Origin: Planctomycetia bacterium
GTDB taxonomy: Bacteria > Planctomycetota > JAJSAM01 > JAJVHW01
Length of the DNA stretch: 64,000 bases
NCBI GenBank assembly: GCA_031404455.1
Contig: JANNHP010000212.1
Span: 3,419-67,418, forward strand
Reading direction: 5' to 3'
The notes beneath the pieces are model-generated. The model was not told the DNA's origin. It saw only the letters and a program-made list of their open reading frames with translations, and made no database searches. Shown in pieces: positions 54,530 through 62,104 of this stretch; position 1 is the stretch's first letter, and every line of letters starts with the position of its first letter. The translations under genes and the position numbers were made by a program.

Positions 54530-55543
54530 TCAGGCGGACGCGAGGTGCGCGCGGTACCACTCGACCGTCTCGGCGAGCCCCTGATCGAGCGACCAGCTCG
54601 GCTTCCAGCCGAGCACCTTCTTCGCGAGCGAGCAGTCGAGGTACTGCTCCTTGATCTCGCGCGACGCCTCGCCGCGGACGTCGGGGACGAGGTCCTTCTT
54701 CCCCGTCGCCGCGAGGATGCGCTCGACGAGCGCCATCACCGTCACCGGCGTCTCGTTGCCGAAGTTGAAGGCGCGGCCCGCGAGGCCGTCCTTCGTCATG
54801 CGATCGGCGAGCAGCAGGTACGAGCTGACGGCGTCCTTCACGTAGAAGTAGTCGCGCACGTACGTGCCGTCGCTGCGGACGACGGGACGCTCGCCGCGGA
54901 GCGCCGACCGGATGGTGCCGGGCACGAGACGGCTCCAGTTCAGGTCGCCGCCGCCGTAGAGGTTGCCGCAGCGCGTGATCGCGACGGGCACTCCGTAGCT
55001 GTGGTGGTACGAAAGCGAGATGAGGTCGGTGCACGACTTCGACACGTCGTACGGGAAGCGCCCCGCGAGCGGGGTGTCCTCGGTGTACGGGAGCTTCGCC
55101 TGGGCGCCGTAGGCCTTGTCGCTCGACGCGACGACCACGCGCTCGATTCGCGGCGCGAGGAGGCGGCACGCCTCGAGCAGGAGCCACGTTCCGCGGATGT
55201 TCGATTCGAACGTCGAGAGCGGAGATCGCGCGGCGGTGCCGACGATGGTCTGCGCGCCGAGGTGGAACACCGTGTCGACCTCGTGCTCGTTCAGCGCGCG
55301 CAGCACGAGTTCGAGATCCGTGAGCTCGCCGCGCACGACGCGCGACTTCGCGAGATCGCCCGAACGGACGAGTTCGCTGCCGGGAACCCAGTCGCGGACG
55401 AGGCACACGACGTCGGCGCCGAGACGGATCAGCTCGCCCGTCAGGGCGGAGCCGAGCAGCCCGGTCGCCCCGGTGACGAGGACGCTGCGGCCCTTCCAGG
55501 AACTCAGAGGGCGTGAAGGAACCCCGCGCGGCGCCGGCGCCAC
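54530..55543 (-). CDS. rfbG: CDP-glucose 4,6-dehydratase-like SDR
   Basis: Contains [17 protein letters not shown], the catalytic YDVSK, and ASSDKAYG. It lies downstream of rfbF. The start is uncertain: GTG 55541-55543 is the nearest in-frame start, no SD is seen, and the listed extension to 55807 has poor GC3. Confidence 0.8.
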   Translation of the reverse strand: MAPAPRGVPSRPLSSWKGRSVLVTGATGLLGSALTGELIRLGADVVCLVRDWVPGSELVRSGDLAKSRVVRGELTDLELVLRALNEHEVDTVFHLGAQTIVGTAARSPLSTFESNIRGTWLLLEACRLLAPRIERVVVASSDKAYGAQAKLPYTEDTPLAGRFPYDVSKSCTDLISLSYHHSYGVPVAITRCGNLYGGGDLNWSRLVPGTIRSALRGERPVVRSDGTYVRDYFYVKDAVSSYLLLADRMTKDGLAGRAFNFGNETPVTVMALVERILAATGKKDLVPDVRGEASREIKEQYLDCSLAKKVLGWKPSWSLDQGLAETVEWYRAHLASA

Positions 55544-55761
55544 TCGTGCGCCGCGACCGGAGCGACGGGAAACTGCGCCCTGGCGGCCTGCTGCCGCGTG
55601 CACGTCGTCAGCGCCGTCGGCGCCGACGACGCGACTCCTCGCGGCGCGCTGCGCCGCTGGGAGGGGGCTCGCGTTTGGAAACTCAGCGGAGTTGCCTTCA
55701 CGCAAGCGCCGTGCAGCAGGCTCGCCAGGGCGCAGCCGACGCTCGCGCGGAGTTTCTTCAC
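55504..55761 (-). CDS. Candidate small ORF (85 aa) with signal-peptide-like N-terminus in the rfbF-rfbG spacer
   Basis: GTG start 6 nt after the rfbF stop. [20 protein letters not shown]. About 86% G/C at third codon positions by hand count, versus about 72% in the rfbG-extension frame. The mature part is basic and low-complexity. Confidence 0.25.
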   Translation of the reverse strand: MKKLRASVGCALASLLHGACVKATPLSFQTRAPSQRRSAPRGVASSAPTALTTCTRQQAARAQFPVAPVAAHEWRRRRAGFLHAL

Positions 55762-55767
55762 GCCCTC

Positions 55768-56565
55768 TCACTTCCACACCTTCCAGGGCGCCTCGCCGCG
55801 CTTCCACATCTCGTTCAGCGTCTGGGCCTCCTTGAACGTGTCCATGGAGTACCAGAACCCGTCGTGGATGTGCAGGGCGAGCTCCCCGTCCGACGCGAGC
55901 TTCCCGAGCGGCTCGGTCTCGAGGATGCAGTCCTCGTCGTCGCGCACGTAGTCGAAGATCCGGCGGTCCATCACGAAGAACCCGCCGCTCGTCAGGTCGG
56001 TCATCATCGGCTTCTCCTGCCAGTAGGAGACGACCTGGTTCTCGTCCGCGCGGACGACGCCGTAGCGCGAGCGCGGGTGGAAGCCGGTGAGCGTGGCGAT
56101 CTTGCCCTTCGTGTGGTGGAACTTCACGAGCGCGTCGAGGTCGATGTCGCTGACTCCGTCGCAGTAGTTGAAGAGGAACCAGTCGCCCTCCACGTGCTCG
56201 CGCACGCGCGAGAGCCGGCCGCCCGTCTGCGTCTCGGCGCCGGTCGAGGCGAAGACGATCTCCCAGTCCTCGATCTCGCCGTACTTCGCGAGCGTGCGCT
56301 TGGCGCCGCTGCGCAGATCGAGCGAGAAGTCGAAGTCGTTCCAGCGGTAGTTCTGGAAGTACTCCTTGATCATCTCGCCCTTGTATCCGAGGGCGAGCAC
56401 GAAGCGCCTGTAGCCCCAGTGATAGTAAGTCCGCATCAGGTGCCAGAGGATGGGGCGGCCGCCGACGGTGACGAGTGCCTTCGGCTTGAACTCCGTCTCC
56501 TCGCGCATGCGCGTGCCCTGGCCGCCGCAGAGGATCACGACCTGCTCCTTCTTGAACTCGGTCAT
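55768..56565 (-). CDS. rfbF: Glucose-1-phosphate cytidylyltransferase
   Basis: Contains [44 protein letters not shown]...[14 protein letters not shown]...ETQTGGRL...[12 protein letters not shown], matching RfbF throughout. Confidence 0.92.
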   Translation of the reverse strand: MTEFKKEQVVILCGGQGTRMREETEFKPKALVTVGGRPILWHLMRTYYHWGYRRFVLALGYKGEMIKEYFQNYRWNDFDFSLDLRSGAKRTLAKYGEIEDWEIVFASTGAETQTGGRLSRVREHVEGDWFLFNYCDGVSDIDLDALVKFHHTKGKIATLTGFHPRSRYGVVRADENQVVSYWQEKPMMTDLTSGGFFVMDRRIFDYVRDDEDCILETEPLGKLASDGELALHIHDGFWYSMDTFKEAQTLNEMWKRGEAPWKVWK

Positions 56566-56575
56566 GCGGGGCTCC

Positions 56576-57829
56576 CTAGTTGAGGACGGCTGGTTCGGGG
56601 ATGGGGACGATGAAGCGCCCGCCGCGGCGGACGTACTCCGCTTGCAACTCGACGATCTCCGGTGCGATGTTCCACGGCAGGATCAGCACGTAGTCCGGCT
56701 GCTTCTCGAGGATCGCCTCCGGGAAGAGGACCGGCAGGTGCGTGCCCGGCGTGAACCGGCCGGCCTTCAGCGGATTCCTGTCCACTACGAACTCGATCGT
56801 CTCCGGACCGATCCCGCAGTAGTTGAGGAGCGTGTTGCCCTTGGCGGGTGCCCCGTACGCGGCGATCCGCGCACCGCGGGCCTTCAGGCCCGAGAGGAAC
56901 GACCTCAGACGGCGGCGGTGCTCGGCGACGTCGGCCGCGAACGCGTGGAAGCGCGCGGGGCCGGCGAGTCCGGCCTTCTCCTCCTCTGCGACGCGGCGCT
57001 CGACCTCGGGCGCGTGGACGGTTTCGTGGATGGGCGCCGCGCCGGCGCGGCGTCCCCAGACGCGCAGCGATCCGCCGTGCACGGCGACGTCCTCGATGCG
57101 GTCGATGCGGACTCCCGCCTTCGTGCAGAGTCCGGCGAGTGCGGTGACGGAGAAGTACGAGAGGTGCTCGTGGTAGACGGTGTCGTACTCGAAGCGGTCG
57201 AGGAGGTGCCCGAGGTACGGCACCTCGAAGACGACGCGGCCCTTCTCGCCGGCGACGAGCGCCATGCCCGCGAGGAAGCCGCGCGGATCGTCGACGTGGG
57301 CGAAGACGTTGTTCCCGACGACGCACGCCGCGTGTCCGCGCTCGGCGACGAGCGTCCGCGCCGCGTCCTTGTCGAAGAAGCGGGTCAGCGTCTCCACGCC
57401 GCGGCCGCGGGCGACCTCGGCGAGGTTCGCGGCCGGCTCGACGCCGAGCGTGCGCACGCCGAGTTCCGCGAGGCGCAGCAGGAGGCTGCCGTCGTTGCTC
57501 GCCACCTCGACGACGAGGTCGTCCGGGCCGAGCCCCCCCGCATCGACGATCGCGCGGGCGTATCCCACGTTGTGGACGTCCATCGTGCTGGACATCCCGG
57601 TCATGTAGAGGTAGTGCCCGAACAACACGACGGGGTCGATCACGTCCACCAGCTGCGCGAGCGCGCAGTCCCGGCAGAACCAAACTTCGAGGGGGTAGCG
57701 CGCTTCCCCCGCGAACTCCGCCGCCGCCGCGGGGAACGCGTTGGCGAGGGGCTGGAGCCCAAGATCGAGGAAGCGCTCGAGCGCGGCGCTGTCGCAGGCG
57801 CGGCAGGTCGTGCGGCGTACGTGGATCAT
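56576..57829 (-). CDS. NDP-hexose C-methyltransferase family protein (Zn-ribbon Methyltransf_13 + class I SAM MTase + Methyltransf_14 C-terminal domain)
   Basis: ATG 57827-57829 overlaps the upstream stop (ATGA). Contains CRACDSAALERFLDLGLQPLANAF...CRDCALAQL and VEVASNDGSLL (SAM site). The C-terminal domain AYGAPAKGNTLLNYCGI...VDRNPLKAGRFTPGTHLPV matches TylC3/Coq-like sugar C-methyltransferases. Confidence 0.85.
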   Translation of the reverse strand: MIHVRRTTCRACDSAALERFLDLGLQPLANAFPAAAAEFAGEARYPLEVWFCRDCALAQLVDVIDPVVLFGHYLYMTGMSSTMDVHNVGYARAIVDAGGLGPDDLVVEVASNDGSLLLRLAELGVRTLGVEPAANLAEVARGRGVETLTRFFDKDAARTLVAERGHAACVVGNNVFAHVDDPRGFLAGMALVAGEKGRVVFEVPYLGHLLDRFEYDTVYHEHLSYFSVTALAGLCTKAGVRIDRIEDVAVHGGSLRVWGRRAGAAPIHETVHAPEVERRVAEEEKAGLAGPARFHAFAADVAEHRRRLRSFLSGLKARGARIAAYGAPAKGNTLLNYCGIGPETIEFVVDRNPLKAGRFTPGTHLPVLFPEAILEKQPDYVLILPWNIAPEIVELQAEYVRRGGRFIVPIPEPAVLN

Positions 57830-58812
57830 CGCGAGCTCCCTTCGGTGCGGGCGACGAAGTCGCGCGTGCGGCGCAGGCCGGAGGCGATGTCGGTGCCGGG
57901 ACGCCAGCCGGCGATCGCCAGGAGGCGCTCCGTGTTGACAGGCTCGTGATCCATCTCTTCCCTCATGTTCGACACCGCCCCGAATCGGAGGAGCGGACGT
58001 TCGATGCCGAGCACCGCCGCCGCCTCGAGGACGAAGTCCCTGACCGCAACGAGCATGCCGGTCGCCGTGTTCACGACGGCGGTTCTCGGGGCCGTGACGT
58101 CGCCGAGCCTGAGCAGCGCAAGGACGACGTCCTCGACGTAGACGAAGTCGCGCCGCTGCGTGCCGGCCGTCAGATCGGCTCCGGCGCCCGACCGTGCGGC
58201 CGCGAGGAGTGCGGGGAGGAGGCGCCCCGCGGGCTCGCCGGGGCCGTAGACGGTGAACGGCCGCGCGACGTACGCGCGCAGCCCCGTCGACGCCGCGACC
58301 CGCTCGATCGCGCGCGTGCCGGCGAGCTTCGTCCGGCCGTAGACCGACGTCGGCAGGACGGGGCCGTCCTCGCGGAGGTCGCCGCCCGCCGATCCGTACT
58401 CCGCACCCGAACCCGTGTGGACGAGCACCGGGTCGCTGCCGGAGCGCGCGGCCTGCGCCGCGAGGGCCTGCGCGATCTCCTCCGGCACGCCCACGTTCAT
58501 CCGTTCGGCGAGACGCTCGTCGCGCTGCCCGCCGCGGACACCGTAGCCCGCGAGGTTGAACACCGCGTCGGGGCGGACGTCGGCGAAGAGGCGCGTTGCG
58601 GCGCCCGTCTCCGCGAGGTCGGCCGGGTGGATCCGCGCGCCCACGCAGTGCAGACGGAGCACGGCCTCGGCGGCGCTCGGGTCGCGGACGGCCACGTGCA
58701 CGTCGGCCCCGGCGTGCGCGAGCGCTGCGGCCGTCCAACCGCCGAGGAATCCCGTCGCGCCGAGCACGAGCGCGCGCCGGCCGCCGTAGTCGGGAAGGGG
58801 CGGAGCGCTCAT
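57826..58812 (-). CDS. NAD-dependent epimerase/dehydratase-type SDR (putative NDP-4-keto-sugar reductase/epimerase)
   Basis: ATG 58810-58812 overlaps the upstream stop (ATGA). Contains ALVLGATGFLGG and the catalytic YGRTK. Confidence 0.85.
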   Translation of the reverse strand: MSAPPLPDYGGRRALVLGATGFLGGWTAAALAHAGADVHVAVRDPSAAEAVLRLHCVGARIHPADLAETGAATRLFADVRPDAVFNLAGYGVRGGQRDERLAERMNVGVPEEIAQALAAQAARSGSDPVLVHTGSGAEYGSAGGDLREDGPVLPTSVYGRTKLAGTRAIERVAASTGLRAYVARPFTVYGPGEPAGRLLPALLAAARSGAGADLTAGTQRRDFVYVEDVVLALLRLGDVTAPRTAVVNTATGMLVAVRDFVLEAAAVLGIERPLLRFGAVSNMREEMDHEPVNTERLLAIAGWRPGTDIASGLRRTRDFVARTEGSSR

Positions 58813-61024
58813 CGCGCCCCGTCCGCGATCTGCGCGACGGTCCCCGTCACCGAACGCCCGCGCACGTGGACGACCGCGCGGCCCGGGAAGGCGTCGCGGA
58901 GACGCCGCTCGTTCTCGGGCCCGAGGTCGCGCGCGAAGAGCGGTCCCGCGGGGTCGAGGTCCGGGGGATTGAGGTAGAGCGCCGAGTGCATGTCGGCGTC
59001 GGTGGTCGCCTCGACGAGGACCAGCGAGCGCCCGAGCCGTCCCGATTCCGCGAGCCGCAGGTAGTCGGCATGGAAGCCCCGGTAGTCCACGTACCGGCCC
59101 GTCGCGCGCCACGGCACGAACGTGACGAGGGCGACGAACGAGAGGAGCGCGACCGCGGCGCCGACGCGCGCCGCAGCGCCCTCTGCGGCGAAACGGTCGC
59201 GCACGAGGCCCGCCAGCGTGGCGGCGCCTCGCGCCGTCAGCCAGAGGCAGGGAACGATCGCGAGGAACCAGTAGCGCGCGCCGAAGTCCGGCCCTCCGCT
59301 GAACCAGTAGCACGAGAAGACCGCGGGAACCGCGAGTGCCAGTCCCGCGAGCCACCGGTCGCGCGACGACCAGCGTCCGAAGAGCGCGTGGACCGCAATG
59401 AGCGCCAGCGACCCGACTCCCCACCCGTAGAGCTCGAAGTTCAGGTTGTAGAGGTTCTGGTTGAGGTTCACGAGCACGTCATCGGACCGTGACCTGGGTT
59501 CGGGTCGAGACCGCCCCAGCGTCCCGGCACGTTCCCCACGTCCGCCCCGAAGCCGAGCCGGTTGCAGCCCGGGTACCAGAGCACGTCGAGGTAGCGGCTC
59601 ATCGGGTCCGAGAGCGGGTTTCCCGTCAAGGCGGTGTTGTAGACGAAGAGCCAGATGCCGGAGGCGACGCACCCGAGCGCGTACGTCGCGAGCGAGGACC
59701 ATCGGCGCCTCTCGCGGCCGAGCAGCCAGAGGCCGATGAACCCGCCCGCGATGAGACCGTCGAGCGGTCGCACGAGGACCATGTAGCCGAGGAGGAGGCC
59801 GGCGAGGCCCGCGGCGCCGGGCCGCGGCGTGCCCGCGCGCGGCGTGACGAGCAGGCAGGCGGCGAGGAAGAGTGCCAGCGTGAGGACGTGCGTCATGAAC
59901 GACGCCGCGAGGAAGAGGAACCACGGCGACGCGACGAGCAGCAGCGTGACGAAGTGCGCGGTGCCGCGGTCGCTCCATCTCCGCACGAGCGCGTGGAGCA
60001 TGAGGACGCACGCCGCGGCGAGCAGCGGGTTGACGAGCCACGGCGCGCCGGCGGCGACGCCGAGCGCGAGCACGCTCGGCCATCCCGGATTGGTCGTGGC
60101 GAACCAGCGGCCGTCGCGGACGTCGAGCAGGTAGCTGCCGAAGGCCTCGGGCGCGGGCGGGGCCGGGACCGAGAGGTTCCCCGACGCGGCGCATTGCGCG
60201 TGGAAGAGGTACACGCCGTCGTCCGGCAGGTGCGAGACGCGCTCGAGCACGGCCGTGGCGAGCACGGCCGCCGCTGCGAGGACGAAGAGCGCCATCGCCC
60301 GCGGGATCCACGCGTCGGCCCGGGTAGCGGCGCGGTCCTCGCCCGGGAGCGAGCAGAAGGACGCGAGACGCGCCCGCCAGCGCGCGGCGTCGGCCGCGGG
60401 CACGGCGCCGGCGAAGAGCCACAGGTTGACCGCGTTCAGGGTCGTGAGCCCGAGGACGGCGGCGAGCAGCATCAGATAGGAGCCGGTGTGACGCGCCCCG
60501 TCGGGCCCGAAGAGCGGCGAGACGTGCGCAGCCGCGAACACGAACACGACGGCGAGGACGACGACCACGCGGGCGTTCGCGACCTTCCGCAGCGACGCGA
60601 CGAGCGACGCGACCCGGCCGCGGAGCGCGAACGCGACGACGCCCGCCTGCACCGCGAGCACCGCTCCCGAGACAGGTCCCGTCCCGCTCCGCAGGCGATC
60701 CGGGCGCAGGTCGACGTACTGCAGCCAGAGCGGCGTGGTGAGCGCCAGTTGCGCGGCCGTCGCGAGGAGGAGGAGCGCCGCGAGACGGGCCGCGCGTCCG
60801 AAGGACCGTCCCGTCCCGAAGGCCAGGACGCCGAGCGCGACTCCCGCCTGCGCCAGCCACCAGCCTTCGAGGCTCGTCCCCCCCCCGACGTTGCGCGTCA
60901 CCGGCATCAGGAACGCGCCGATCACGAGCACCGCCGCGGCGCACGCGAGGGCGGCGCGCGCCGCGGACGCAGTGCCGTGCGGCGCGCCGGCCTCGGCACG
61001 GCCGGCTGGGCGGCCTTCGCTCAC
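58809..61024 (-). pseudogene. Large GT-C-like polytopic membrane glycosyltransferase (~738 aa) split by a frame disruption near 59481-59495
   Basis: GTG 61022-61024 overlaps the GT2 stop (GTGA). The upstream frame reads credibly to ...GRWGGLDPNPGHG and then hits a stop at 59468. A second frame resumes ...SDDVLVNLNQNLYNLNFELYGWG and runs to 58809, overlapping the next start (ATGA). This is consistent with a 1-nt deletion (or 2-nt insertion), or with a sequencing indel. Confidence 0.75.
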
Positions 61025-61830
61025 TGCGCGACGATCTCGGTCGGCGCGGCGCGGGGGGCGGCGGGCGAAATCGACGCCGCGCGCGCGAGCGTCTCGCGCC
61101 GCCAGCGGCGCAGCCGGCTCGAGAACCGGAGCTCCGCGAGTCCGCGCAGGAAGTCCCAGCAGGTCGAGGGCCTGACGTGCGAGAGCCCGTTGCTGCGCAT
61201 CCGCGAGAACACGTTGAACTCGAGCACGCGCACGCCGAGGTAGTGCGCCTTGATCATCAGCTCGGGGTCGAGGAGCCATCCGTGCGAGCTGAGGTCGAGC
61301 GACGCGAGCACGTCGCGGTGCAGGATCTTCGGCGTCCCGTTGACGTCGAGCGAGCCGAGGCTCGGCCAGAGGGCGAGGACGAGGAGGTTGTAGGTCACGG
61401 AGACGAACTTCCGCTTGATGCCGTCCAGCCGGAACCGGCGCCGCACCTTCGCGAGCACCCGGCCGTCGCTGCCAAGGACCGCCTGGTAGAGGCTGACGAC
61501 GTCGGCGGCGTCGACCTGGCCGTCCGCCGGGATGAACCCGATCCAGGGAGCCGTGCAGTGGGGGACCCCTTGGAGCACGCCGTACCCGTAGCCGCGGTTG
61601 ACGTCGACCCGGATCGGCCGGACCTGGCGCCTCGAAGCAGCGAGCTCGGCGACGATCGCGCCGGTGCGGTCCTTCGAACCGTTGTCCACGACGACGAGCT
61701 CCAGACGGACCCCGGCCCGCTCGAACGCGTCGAGCAGGTTGCGGAGCGTCGAGGCCACGATGGCCTCCTCGTTGTACGCGGGGACCACCAGCGAGAGGTC
61801 CGGACGCGACGAGGGATCGTTCGCACTCAT
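61021..61830 (-). CDS. Family-2 glycosyltransferase (DPM1-like soluble catalytic domain)
   Basis: ATG 61828-61830 is preceded by GGAAGG. Contains LSLVVPAYNEE, VVDNGSKDRTG, IPADGQVD and the LDPELMIKA motif. Confidence 0.85.
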   Translation of the reverse strand: MSANDPSSRPDLSLVVPAYNEEAIVASTLRNLLDAFERAGVRLELVVVDNGSKDRTGAIVAELAASRRQVRPIRVDVNRGYGYGVLQGVPHCTAPWIGFIPADGQVDAADVVSLYQAVLGSDGRVLAKVRRRFRLDGIKRKFVSVTYNLLVLALWPSLGSLDVNGTPKILHRDVLASLDLSSHGWLLDPELMIKAHYLGVRVLEFNVFSRMRSNGLSHVRPSTCWDFLRGLAELRFSSRLRRWRRETLARAASISPAAPRAAPTEIVAQ

Positions 61831-62039
61831 GCGGGAGCCTTCCCGAGCCCGGCGCAAACCGTGTACCGCGCGAGATCCTGCGACCGCGGGCAGACCGTGC
61901 CGAACCGGTTCACCGTGATCCTCAGGTCCGCGTCGATTCCGCGCAACACACGCCTCGCCGCGCCCGCGCTACGGCGCAAGCCTACTCCCGACCGATGAGG
62001 TGGAGTACATTCCGAGCGCTCCATCCGGCGGTCCCGCAC

Positions 62040-62068
62040 TTGACCGATGCGCCGGTGTCGTCCAGTAT
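62040..62068 (+). promoter_or_regulatory. Putative sigma70-type promoter for the glycosidase gene
   Basis: TTGACC (62040-62045), a 17-nt spacer, then CAGTAT (62063-62068), about 37 nt upstream of ATG 62105, which has GAGGAGG at 62094-62100. This is pattern matching only. Confidence 0.3.
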
Positions 62069-62104
62069 CCGGCCGTGCCGCGGAGCCGCCGTCGAGGAGG
62101 TCTC

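Noticed and set aside
54530-55807. 425-aa version of the rfbG-like gene starting at 55807
   Set aside because: The upstream 88 codons are Arg/Gly/Ala-rich with low GC3, overlap rfbF, and have no counterpart in CDP-glucose 4,6-dehydratases. Those enzymes begin about 10-20 aa before the GxxGxxG motif.
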